64,000 nt of DNA from Eledone cirrhosa (lineage: Eukaryota), in the NCBI GenBank assembly GCA_964016885.1, contig CAXHJY010000349.1, positions 1 through 64,000 of the forward strand. Direction: 5' to 3'. Below are positions 50,806 to 64,000 of this stretch, one piece after another. The notes beneath the pieces are model-generated. The model saw nothing but the letters and a program-made list of their open reading frames with translations, searched no databases and was not told the DNA's origin. The position numbers and the translations under genes are program-made. Each line of letters opens with the position of its first letter. Within the stretch, counting starts at the first letter, position 1.

Positions 50806-51058
50806 CAATATATACCAGTTTTATAAATAAACATTGACGTACCTTTCAAAATGCAAGCGTTACTTTTGGAAGACATCAGGATATGATGTCTTCCAAAAGT
50901 AACGGTTGCATTTTGAAAGGGTACGTCAATGTTTATTTATAAAACTGGTATATATTGTATTTTGTCTGATGAAAGCATACCATAATTTAACATCGTATCC
51001 TTGAAATATGTATAATAAAATAAATATGGTTTTATAAATATAGTTTCCATTTGTTAAT

Positions 51059-51153
<95 letters not shown>

Positions 51154-51331
51154 ATTTATATATATATACATATTTATTTAACGAAGGAAATGTGGTGAGG
51201 AACCAGGTGGACCATAACGCACCAAAATACTCAATCTTTAGGGTAGTAGAGTTAGTCCAGAATTAGCCGTCGAAACGGCTTGAGCTCAGCCGTCGGGGTC
51301 CTACTCGTTCCTATATATTTATTTATATATA

Positions 51332-51382
<51 letters not shown>

Positions 51383-51706
51383 TTATATAGTGAAGGCGTG
51401 TGGCTGAGTGGTTAGAGAATTGGATTCGCAATCGTAAGGTTGTGAGTTCGATTCTTGGACCAGGCGATGCGTTATGTCCTTGAGCAAGACACTTTATTTC
51501 ACGTTGCTTCTTCTACCTGGAGTTGCGACCGATAGATGGTATTAGCAATTGGCAAGACCAACGGAAACATTGTTCCCTCGGTCCGATTTGACGAAAGTCG
51601 ATCGTTCCTTTATATATATATATTTATATATATATATATATTTATTTATATACATATATATTTATATATATATATATATTTATTTATATATATATATATA
51701 TATTTA

Positions 51707-51751
<45 letters not shown>

Positions 51752-52164
51752 GTATATATATATTTATATATATATATATTTATATATATATATATATTTA
51801 AATATATTTATATATACATATATATTTAAATATATATATATATTTATATATATATATTTAAATATATATTTATATATATATATATATATATTGGAATATA
51901 TATATATATATATTTATATATAGTTATATATATATTTAAATATATATTTATATATTTATATATATATATTAAATATACTTATATATATATATATAATTAT
52001 ATATATATATACATTTATATATATAGGTATATATTTAAATATATATATTTAAATATATATATATATATTTAAATATATATATATATATATTTAAATATAT
52101 ATATATATTCAAAAATGTATATATATTATATATATATATATATATATATTTAAATATATATATC

Positions 52165-52225
<61 letters not shown>

Positions 52226-52308
52226 CGAAGGAAATATGGTAAGGAACCAGGTGGACCATAACGCACCAAAGTACTCAATACTTGAGGTAGTAGAGTGGGT
52301 AATAGGAA

Positions 52309-53080
52309 CCAGTAAGACCCCGACAGCTGAGCTCAAGCCGTTTCGACGGCTAATTCTGGACTAAATGAAAATTTATCCTGGTATTTAAATAGCCGATCTT
52401 CTCAAGGGGTAATTCCATATATGGTCAAAGTGATTGTCAAAAATCAGTAGTAATTCTGTGGTTGCAAATTAGTAGGGGAGATGGTGGCTAAACCTGCCAG
52501 TAGGAGAAAGAGGGGAGGGGGTGGAGTAGACCCAATCAAGCGTTGGTAGTGCCAGCTACAGCTGGGCATGAGGTCAAAGAACATACAGGGGAGGGGGAGG
52601 GGGAGGAAGTCGGAACCTTAGTAGGGGAGATGGTGGCTAAACCTGCCAGTAGGAGAAAGAGGGGTGGGGGTGGAGTAGACCCAATCAAGCGTTGGTAGTG
52701 CCAGCTACAGCTGGGCATGAGGTCAAAGAAGATACAGGGGAGGGGGAGGGGGAGGAAGTCGGAACGGTAGGTTCCGACTTCCTCCTCCTCCCCCTCCCCT
52801 GTATCTTCTTTGACCTCATGCCCAGCTGTAGCTGGCACTACCAACGCTTGATTGGGTCTACTCCACCCCCACCCCTCTTTCTCCTACTGGCAGGTTTAGC
52901 CACCATCTCCCCTACTAATTTGCAACCACAGAATTACTACTGATTTTTGACAATCACTTTGACCATATATGGAATTACCCCCTGAGAAGATCGGCTATTT
53001 AAATACCAGGATAAATTTTCATTTAGTCCAGAATTAGCCGTCGAAACGGCTTGAGCTCAGCTGTCGGGGTCTTACTGGTT

Positions 53081-53082
<2 letters not shown>
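52309..53082. repeat. Large palindrome (centre about 52770) with an internal direct duplication (52470-52618 / 52619-52767)
   Basis: 52309-52470 and 52619-52767 mirror 52772-53082; one HHR in each arm. Confidence 0.9.
52317..52410 (-). ncRNA. Type I HHR with U3-A8 core (TTGAGAA), 6-bp stem III, GUC site
   Basis: ACCCC-TTGAGAA-GATCGGCTA...TAGCCGTC-GAA-ACGGCT(TGAGCTC)AGCTGT-C-GGGGT. The mirror copy 52977-53070(+) has CTGAGAA; 3' halves occur at 46097-46185 and 51262-51299. Confidence 0.85.
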
Positions 53083-53134
<52 letters not shown>

Positions 53135-53179
53135 AATATATATATATTTTTATATATATATATATATTATATTTATATA

Positions 53180-53220
<41 letters not shown>

Positions 53221-53248
53221 GAAAAAAAAAAAATATATATATATAAGT

Positions 53249-53281
<33 letters not shown>

Positions 53282-53300
53282 AATATATATATATATAAAT

Positions 53301-53376
<76 letters not shown>

Positions 53377-53402
53377 AAAAAAAAAAATATATATATATAA
53401 GT

Positions 53403-53435
<33 letters not shown>

Positions 53436-53454
53436 AATATATATATATATAAAT

Positions 53455-53617
<163 letters not shown>

Positions 53618-53752
53618 AATATATATATAAATATATATATATATATAAATATATGTATATATATATAAATATATATATATATAAATATATATATATAAAT
53701 ATATATATATAAGTATATATATATAAATATATATATAAATATATATATATAA

Positions 53753-53875
<123 letters not shown>

Positions 53876-53913
53876 TATATATATTTAAATATATATATAT
53901 ATATATATATATA

Positions 53914-54310
53914 TTGTTATACTTTGGGAGGGTCATGTTGCCAATAAGGAACACACGCACCAGTTGCTTTCACTTCAATTTATTATAATAAATTTATAAT
54001 AAATTTATAAATTTATAAATTTCTGGTTGGTTGGTTGGTTCCACAACCAGATAATTGTTTATATATTGTCATAGTTCTTTCGTCACACACTCTGTGACCT
54101 CTTCAGTGACTGGGATTCCTTTCTTTGTTTTTGTGCCTCTCCTTTGTTCTGTTCTAGGCCATTTTGTTTCGGTGTGTGTGTTTTGTGCTCAGTCTGCGCA
54201 TGCGCCACATCCGGGTGTCTGTGTGTGTTTATGTTCATTTATTTATTTGTTTATTTACATGTTACTGGTTGGTTGTTTGTTCTATGTGTGTGTGTGTTTT
54301 CATTTTGTCC
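53914..54310 (-). mobile_element. 3' pLTR of the Neptune-like PLE (family B)
   Basis: Follows the stop codon and ends in (TA)n. The same sequence occurs at 21500-21900(+), 25778-26185(+), 26243-26597(-) and 40968-41387. Confidence 0.85.
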
Positions 54311-56530
54311 TTAATTGTAAGTCGTGATGTTGCTGTTCCACTCATATTTTCTATTTAATTTTGGTTGTAATTCTTTTATGTTTATTGCCTCTGTGATTTG
54401 TCTAAACATTGCGTCTTTTCTGTGTGTAGATTCTATTTTTATTTCTATGTTCTCTAATTTACCCTTGTGTTCTATTTTACCATGTAGGTAGCGTACAGAT
54501 GATTCTTTATTATCTTGAAGGTCTCGCCAGTGTTCATTTATCCGTTCCCCTACACTACGAGCTGTCTCACCTATGTACACTATATTTTTGTCTCTACATT
54601 GTCCTTCTGTACATCTTATGCTATACACTACATTTCTAGTTTTACAGTTAATATGGGGGTTTATTTTACAGGATATACATTTCTTATCTATACATGAGGG
54701 TCTTTGAAAAGGGTATGTCTTGCTAATAAGTGTTTTTACGGAGGTACCTGGTCTTTCTACTATCTTAATATTGAGTTCATGTTTATCTAGGGCCCTTCTA
54801 AATGTGTAAGCTAATTCACCTCTAGGGGTTGTATCGATGAACATTACACTCTGGTATTTATTGCTATCATACCATGAGTTTATTCTATTAGCCTTGTTCC
54901 TAGTTCTTTCTATTCTATTCCAAAATTTGCTCCTATACAAGGGGCAGGTCCCATTTATGTCATTATTTACTATCTTTTCCCATTTGGTTCTGGTTCCTCT
55001 ATACACTCTGATTTTATCTCTCTGATTGTAGCCTGAGAACTGCATACGGTGGATGAAGTGTTATATGTGTCTCTCTAGTTCTTCGGGGTTGCACATGCGG
55101 GTCACGTTTCTCATCACCCGTACCAAATCCGCAATCAGTATGTTAATTTTGGTATGGTCCGAAACGGCGGAGTTTCGGTGGATCAGATGTTTGGAAGTCA
55201 TGGGTTTGGCATAATGGGAATGGAGGATTGGTTTTTTGTTATTAATGGTATCTAACCAGAGCTCTGTGTCTAGTACAGGTAATCGATGGTTGGTGTGTTT
55301 ACTTGGGTAGTCTATAGTAACTCTAATGCTCTGGTGGATGGAGTTAGCTATTTCCTGGAGGCTTTCCATTGTGTTTTTCTCTAGTTCCTGACTGTTCTCT
55401 AGTGTGGGTGTCTTAACTACGATGTTTATATCATCAACGTAGCGGGAGTACATTATCAGGGTTAAGGGGTCTTCTAATTGTTCTTTAAGTTTAAGATTAA
55501 GTCTACTGTCCGACCATAACATTAATAAGTTAGCTATGTCGCCTGCAATGCTAACACCAATGGCTGCTCCTTCCTCTTGGGCATATGTTTTTCCATTAAA
55601 TTTGAACATATGTTCCTTAAGGGTTAGCTTTATGTTGGCCCCTACCGCATGTGCAATTATTTTCTTCAGTTCATCGTGGTTTTCGGGTGTCCGTATGGCT
55701 CTGGTCCACCCGTTGCATCTATCTGTGTGGGTTTTCTTGGCCATTGAGGTAATGGTAGGTGGTCTGCCTCTTGCTGGTCTTGTAAGGCACAGGTTGCTAA
55801 GGTCATATGTGTCTAGGTAATTATTACTATAGGTAAGTTTAAGTAGGAGTCCCAGCTCACTGGTATCAATCCCACGGAACTCAACATTGCTCTCACTGAT
55901 CATTTCTACGCATTTCTCCATAGCAAAATCCACGTCAATAGATGGATACAGGGACACAACATCCATACTACCTATTATGCAGTTTGTTAGGTCTCTAGAT
56001 CGGTTACTCACGCCGATTCTGCTGAGGAGGTCGTCCGTGCTGTCACATACATCTGGGGACATTTCAATGATGGGGCGTATGATCAGGGAGAGGAAGTAGG
56101 ACAGTCTGTAGTTACTAGCAATGTTAGCTCCACAGACTGGCCGTGTTGGTGGTCCCGCGAGAGGGTCACTGCCCGTTTTATGGTCTTTTCTAAGCCCATA
56201 CAACGCCGGCACGTCATTATTCCAGGCCTGGAAGTTGTTGGCAGTCCTTTTGTTGGGCTGCATTATATTCGTCCACATCACCATATGGGCATTGAGGGCT
56301 TTTTCTCTATCCTCATGCTCTTGTGGTGTTACCTCTCTTGTGTTAGTGATGTGGGGTTGCATTGCCTGGATGTAGTTTGGCAGGCTGTCAACCGACATTC
56401 TGCCAGACTTGTCTGTTGGAAAGCATGCTATCTCTCCATTACGCGAGCGCTGCATGAGCTTACGCAAGCCATTTGCATATTTTTCTCCCAGCTGCTGGGC
56501 CTCCATTCTATTATGCTTCTTGCTATACTG
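54311..56530 (-). pseudogene. Neptune-like PLE RT + GIY-YIG, split by a single in-frame TAA (55061-55063)
   Basis: PTDKSG, LYGLRKDHK, TRPVCG, SMDVVSLYPSI, QEEGAAIG, YSRYVDD, LPVLD, then CIDKKCISC...CKTRNVVYSIRC...YIGETARS..ERINEH..EAINI...LN. ORFs 55061-56506 and 54311-55045 are in the same frame. Clade assignment is inference. Confidence 0.92.
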
Positions 56531-56539
56531 TTCTATAAT

Positions 56540-57130
56540 ATTTCTAAGTTCGGATCCCGAGTTTACACCAACACCATCAACACCGATGTAAGAAGATTAC
56601 AACTCACCAAAAAACAAGCAGATAGGCTAAAACGAACACTAATTCTAAACATAAAAAAGAAGATCTATAGAGAATTAAGTCATCAAGAAAAACATAAGCG
56701 TAACCTAATACAAGAAATAGCTAGGATCACCACACGAAGAGAGAAACTAATATTTATAAGCCTTATACGTCCTGAAGAACAGTACATTACTCAAGAATGT
56801 GATAAGCACTTTAACAAGAAACTAAAGTGGCTTAAGCAGATAAACCTAAATCAGGATACTGTAGAGAATACCAATAGATATCCCGACAAAATTGACGGTA
56901 TAAATATGGCCGACACCTCATTAACAGATGAGTTCAACAACAACACAAATATATACGGCAACACGATAATAGATGACGATGAGTTATCTGTATTACGTCT
57001 ACCACCGAAATTTGCGACATTCAAGAAGGTAAATATGATTAGTTGTCTGTCATAAATAGAAAAAATCATTTACAAAACTACGCTGGAGCCTCAAAAACAA
57101 AAACAAAAACAAAAGTAACAATATACGCAG
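56540..57130 (+). pseudogene. Inverted N-terminal PLE ORF fragment (probable 5' inversion of the Neptune-like element)
   Basis: IDDDELSVLRLPPKFATF...*IEKSFTKLRWS resembles the PLE pre-RT region; it abuts the 5' end of the minus-strand RT in opposite orientation. Confidence 0.6.
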
Positions 57131-57139
57131 ACAACAGAC

Positions 57140-59097
57140 AGGATAAATTTGGATTTAAAACCTATAATAACCCCCCGTGGAACCCAGCATTGCTACCCTT
57201 CGAAAATGATGTCTTGGAACTCATTCGGAGTATCAAATTTCGGAATAGCAGCAATTCCTTCCAGCAAGACCTGAAGAATAGAATTCGTTCTATTAAGGAT
57301 TCTAATGCCGTGGACGTCCATTCCGACAAAACTGGCAACCTATATCAAGTGGAGCGCAGTACTTATCATCAACTACTACATAATGCTGTAACTAAGGATT
57401 ACCGTAAAACTAATCGGTGCGTCATCAATGAAATCAACGATGCTGGGTTTAAAATCACATCTGATCTCAACATCCTGGACCGGACCGAACCTCTGGACCC
57501 TATTTCTCCCCACTTTACCCTGAAGGATCACAAATCCAATTTTCCGAACAACCCCTCTATTCGGCATATTAACCCTACGAAGTCCGATTTAGGTAGACTT
57601 AGTAAAACGATTCTTGATAGAATTATACCTGAAATTAGAAGTTTGGCCCCTCTTGCACTGTGGAACAATTCTTTCGCGGTGATTGATTGGTTCAACGGCA
57701 TATGTAACAAGGAACATTGCCGTTTTATCCAATTCGACATCAACAATTACTACTCCTCCATCACTTCACCACTTCTCCTTAGAGCTATCAATTTCGCTAA
57801 AACACTCACAGTGGTTAAGGATTTTGAAGTTGATGGCATCCTCAATGCCCGAAAGTCGGTGATTAATTTCAACGACTCTATTTGGATTAAAAAATCCAAT
57901 AGTACCCTATTCGACGTGAGTATAGGCGCCAGTGATTCTGCGGAGGTTTCTGATCTTATTGGCCTTTTCCTTCTTTTCTCTATCAAGGACGAATTCCCCA
58001 ACGCGGGCGGTGGTTTGTACCGTGACGATGGTCTTATGACCATGACTAAGCGCGGACCTCGTGCTTGCGACAGGTTCAGAAAAGAACTCACAGCCTTCTT
58101 TAAAGGCTTCAACCTCTCTATACAGGTTGAGGCCAATCTCTCGGTCGTTAATTACCTCGACGTTACCCTCAATTTATTGAATGGGTTGTATTACCCGTAT
58201 AGAAAGCCGAATGATACGCTTAATTACATAAGTAAGCATTCCAACCATCCTGCCAGCATAACCAAGAACCTGGTACGAAACGTTTCGTTGAGGCTTTCCC
58301 GTCTTTCCACCAACGACCATTCCACTTATTACAATGAAGCTCTTGCTCGAAGTGGATTTGTCGATAAGGTAGCATATACAGAGTACGATAATAGACCTAA
58401 AAGTAATAGACCCCATCGCATTTGTTGGTATAACCCACCATATAATATGGAGGTGGCCACACCATTAGCTAAGATCTTTCTTTCCCTTATTACGAAGCAT
58501 TTTCCCCCTACACATAAATATAGTAAAATTTTTAATAGAAATACTATTAAAATTTCTTACTCTACGACTCCTAACCTTGCACATAACATCACAGCTTCAA
58601 ATTTAGCTAAACTACCTAGCCGTAGGAACACGTGCAACCCTGTAGTTAGTACCAACTGTAATTGTAAGAATCGGGTTGATTGCCCCCTATACGGGAAATG
58701 CCTCTCTAGCAACATTGTCTACAAATGTAAGGTTGTAACACCCACGTCCCGTATGGCTTACATAGGGTTAACCGCCAATAGTTTCAAGCAGCGTCTTTAC
58801 ATGCATACCCATTCTTTTCGTTACCCTCTAAGAAGGAATATGACGTCACTTTCAGTTTATATCTGGAGTCTAAAAGACAACCACACCCAATATAAGTTAC
58901 ACTGGGAGATCCTAGCTAGGGCTAGATCGTATAACGGAAATTAAAGACCATGTGACCTCTGCGCCTCTGAGGCCCTGGAAATACTCTACGCCACAGACCA
59001 CATCTTAAACAAAAAATCTGAGGCAATTTCGGCTTGAAAACATAAATTGCACAAAACTTTCCTGTATTACAGCCCCACGTTATACCCTAACGGATAG
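57140..59097 (+). pseudogene. PLE RT + GIY-YIG ORF (CxCx5Cx5C linker type), 5' truncated, two late stops
   Basis: Part of ORF 57043-58944: SDKTGNLY, FTLKDHK, QFDINNYYSSI, GGGLYRDDG, NYLDVTLNL, WYNPPY, CNCKNRVDCPLYGKCL, VYKC..AYIGLT. The frame continues past TAA 58942 (RPCDLCASE...LNKKSE..SA*KH) to TAG 59097. Confidence 0.92.
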
Positions 59098-59987
59098 GAC
59101 GATCTAAACGTGGATATTTTACGTCTTGATGTGGGAGCTAAGTATATGTTTTGTTTATACCTTTACTTATTTGCATAGGTAAGTATATATTACCCGTATG
59201 TTTTGTGAATGTACGTATAATTTTTATATATTCTGGTACATATGGTCTGGCTATGTGTATACGGGAGTTTTGCGTCTGTGTGAGTATGCAGGTTCGTAAG
59301 TTTGGTGGGTGTGTGTATATGTGTACTTCTTGTTTTTGTTGACTTACGTCTCCGAACATTCGTGTATTTATATGTAGGTATGTGTGTGCGCTTGTTATAT
59401 ACGTATTTATTTATTTATATACGTTTATATAATTATTTATTTATTTGTATACACGCATACACACACATATTTATATGTGCGGGGTTTTGTATACCTATGG
59501 TAAGTTTTTGCGTATGCTTGTGTATGTACGTATTTGTTTGCGTGTATGTATTTATTTATTTCTATTACTTCTGTATTGTATTTATTTACTTTGTTCTTAA
59601 CTCTGTAGCGGAGATTCATTTGGTCTCCTAGTTAGAATTTTAGTCTACGACTTCTGCTATACCATTTACGTGATTTTGTCTTTGCGTGTTATTGTTCTCC
59701 ACACTCCACATATGACGTATTATCTTCGTTTTTTCGTTCATTGTCAGAGAACGTCTCAATGCACCACCTAAGAGAACATTAGTCTACGACCTCTTTTATA
59801 CCATAAACGTGGTTCTGTCTTTGCGCGTAATTGTTTTTCACCGCTCCTATTAATGACGTATTATATCCGTTTTTTCCCGTTCTTTGCAAGCGAACGTTTC
59901 CACGAACCAAAGTATCGTCTTCCTGTCTTCCTCCGGTTGCAACGTTTTTTGAAATATCCAGTTCTGCGTTTACAGATTGACTATGTT

Positions 59988-60038
59988 AGTTTCAGAAGAT
60001 CCCGTTAAGGGTGAAAGCAGCGATTCTTTGCATAAACT
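59988..60038 (+). ncRNA. Degenerate HHR-like motif at the 3' end of the 57140-59097 PLE
   Basis: AGTTT-CAGAAGA-TCCC(GTTAA)GGGT-GAA-AGCAG..TTTGCAT-AAACT. Partial copies in the 36040-36120 hairpin read TTGCTT (CUU site). Confidence 0.5.
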
Positions 60039-60181
60039 TTAATCTGTTATTTTAATAAATATAAATATATATATAAATATATATATATATATAAATATAT
60101 ATATAAATATATATATATAAATATATATATATATTTATATATATATATATAAATCATAATCTATAATATATATATATAAAT

Positions 60182-60212
<31 letters not shown>

Positions 60213-60284
60213 AATCATAATCTATGATATATATATATAAATATATATAAATATATATATATATAAATATATATATATATAAAT

Positions 60285-60343
<59 letters not shown>

Positions 60344-60457
60344 TATATCTATAAAAATATATATATATAAAAATATATATATATATATCTATATATATAT
60401 ATCTATATAAATATATATATATATAAAAATATATATATATAAAAATATATATATATA

Positions 60458-60538
<81 letters not shown>

Positions 60539-60539
60539 T

Positions 60540-60963
60540 TTTGAGTATATGTTGGCTGTATACCAACACCTCAGTATGCAGGCTGGAGCACACGACGAAG
60601 TGCGCAGGTTGGTTTGGTTACTCCGGAGTAATGTAAAATAAAGTTAAATAAAAAATCAAATGTTTTAAATTTAGCTTCGTTTATTACTGCTATATATATT
60701 TCAGTGACAGCCATCAGTGATAGACTGTGGTATAGGAAATGGAATCATATGATTCCAGTTCCTCAGTGAAATAACAACCCAACAAGGAACTCGGCATATC
60801 AGAGTATTGACAAAATGATACACCTCAACAACATATGTACTTGTCTATACCACACTAATTCGGACTGTCTGAAGAGGTCACAGACAAAGATGGTTGTCAC
60901 TGAAATATATATAGCAGTAATAAACGAAGTTAAATTTTAAAAATTTGACTTTTTATTTAACTT

Positions 60964-60966
<3 letters not shown>
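60540..60966. repeat. Diverged family A pLTR, inverted pair
   Basis: 60540-60713 is reverse-oriented and about 60740-60966 forward-oriented, both matching family A. Confidence 0.85.
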
Positions 60967-60999
<33 letters not shown>

Positions 61000-61008
61000 A
61001 ATCATAAT

Positions 61009-61096
<88 letters not shown>

Positions 61097-61111
61097 AATA
61101 TATATATATAC

Positions 61112-61218
<107 letters not shown>

Positions 61219-61619
61219 AGACGTAAAATAAGAAAATTATAAAATTAACTTACTTACTAAAATATCACTTCCAACTAATTAGTTTCTGGAATGGAGTAAA
61301 TATATTTTCCGAAGAATAATATAAAGAAGCATTCCGTCGTCAGGAAAGTCTATTCTCATGTAAGTTTCCAGGCAAAGCGAGGACACTGGAAACTTATTAA
61401 AAAATAATTCAGTGGATAGGAAATGGCGAAGCGTGGACTGAATTACAAGCCATTGAGAAAATCACTGCCTCTACGTCTGTGGCAAATTCAAAAAGATTCG
61501 AACACGTGACATCGAGGTCAATCAGTGGAAAGTGGTTTGCTTATAAGACAGCGGCCTGCCTACAACCGTAGCAGCAGTCATGGCCAATATTGCTCGACAA
61601 ATAATTTGGAGATAATAAT

Positions 61620-62816
<1,197 letters not shown>

Positions 62817-63722
62817 TAAAAACAAATAACGAAACGAAATTAAATTTCGTTTCGCCTCTAACTCACTTTTGTATGACTGACGCTTAAACAATTAAATTAA
62901 AGTGTACATCTACATATGTATACGGAAGTATTAGTATGCATATAAATACACACATGTATACATATGTACATGTACTGAGTTTTTCACTAGACACTTTACA
63001 GTGAGTGTCAGCTAGTCTGTATGTAACCACACAGACGGACCGGGTTTTAGAGTCATACGAGTTTTCAAGGAAACACATTTCCTCTATTCTCCAGAGAGCC
63101 AGACAGGAATATTGGACTAGTTTCGATGTTATTACATCTCATAAGCAATATTTACCCATCTTCCGGCTTCTCTGGAGAATTGTAAAAGCGCATATCGTTA
63201 TATGCTTTTTCTATGAAAATTAGTAGTGGGTAGACTAATTTGCATAGAACGTGAGTCATTGTACGCACCGGTTCAGCGGAAACGATAAAAACAAATAACG
63301 AAACGAAATTAAATTTCGTTTCGCTTCTAACTCACTTTTGTATGACTGACGCTTAAACAATTAAGTTAAAGTGTACATCTACATATGTATACGGAAGTAT
63401 TAGTATGCATATAAATACACACATGTATACATATGTACATGTACTGAGTTTTTCACTAGACACTTTACAGTGAGTGTCAGCTAGTCTGTATGTAACCACA
63501 CAGACGGACCGGGTTTTAGAGTCATACGAGTTTTCAAGGAAACACATTTCCTCTATTCTCCAGAGAGCCAGACAGGAATATTGGACTAGTTTCGATGTTA
63601 TTACATTTCATCAGCAATATTTACCCATCTTCCGGCTTCTCTGGAGAATTGTAAAAGCACATATCGTTATATGCTTTTTCTATGAAAATTAGTAGTGGGT
63701 AGACTAATTTGCATAGAACGGA
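62817..63722 (-). mobile_element. ORF-less tandem repeat, 469-bp unit, one HHR per unit (retrozyme-like)
   Basis: 62821 matches 63290 and 63108 matches 63577 (offset 469). A diverged monomer-plus copy lies at 17801-18290(+) with an about 25-bp terminal direct repeat. Confidence 0.8.
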
Positions 63723-64000
63723 GCAATTTATTAATGCATGGACAGTTATATGACCTCCTTTTCAGCCGAGAGACATACCAATACATATTCAAACATTGAT
63801 ACATATTCAAACATTGTGGGTCAACATTCATTACAGAATTTAGAGTGGCAGTACACACTTCGAGATTACATTTATATTAATAGGTACAATCAAAAATCAA
63901 AGATATAGGTTAAAGGAGGACTGCGGATTGACCTTTGGCCTGCCTGGGGACGATTATCTTTCGACATCCAATGTAGCAAGCGATGACCCAGATCTTACCA

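Noticed and set aside
52536-52943. Mirror ORFs MVVPATAGHEVKEDTGEGE on both strands
   Set aside because: A by-product of the DNA palindrome, not a gene.

Overview
Very AT-rich eukaryotic (invertebrate animal) DNA. The SINE families look cephalopod/octopus-like, which is an inference from sequence appearance. No convincing host protein gene is present; the many poly-(IY) ORFs are translations of (TA)n microsatellites. The window is dominated by Penelope-like retroelements (PLEs; RT plus C-terminal GIY-YIG) of two types. One type has a CxCx5Cx5C linker (Hydra-clade-like: 13484-16161, 57140-59097, 36575-38168, 43980-44863, 9650-10950) and one is Neptune-like (54311-56530, 20768-21500). Their pseudo-LTRs (pLTRs) and ORF-less derivatives are inserted into (TA)n tracts, often as fold-back palindromes. 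Manual reading of both strands finds about 14 distinct families (about 30 copies) of type I hammerhead ribozyme (HHR) motifs in these repeats. They include minimal HHRs with palindromic stem III loops, a U3-A8 core variant, three CCGANGA (U4C) variants, and copies showing compensatory base changes. Several HHRs sit in ORF-less tandem or circularly permuted units of 469, about 522 and about 655 nt that resemble retrozymes. Also present: a non-autonomous Helitron, RTE-like LINE fragments with 5' inversions, tRNA-derived SINEs, MITEs and a 2.25-kb tandem duplication. All ribozyme calls come from manual pairing and none is tested for activity.
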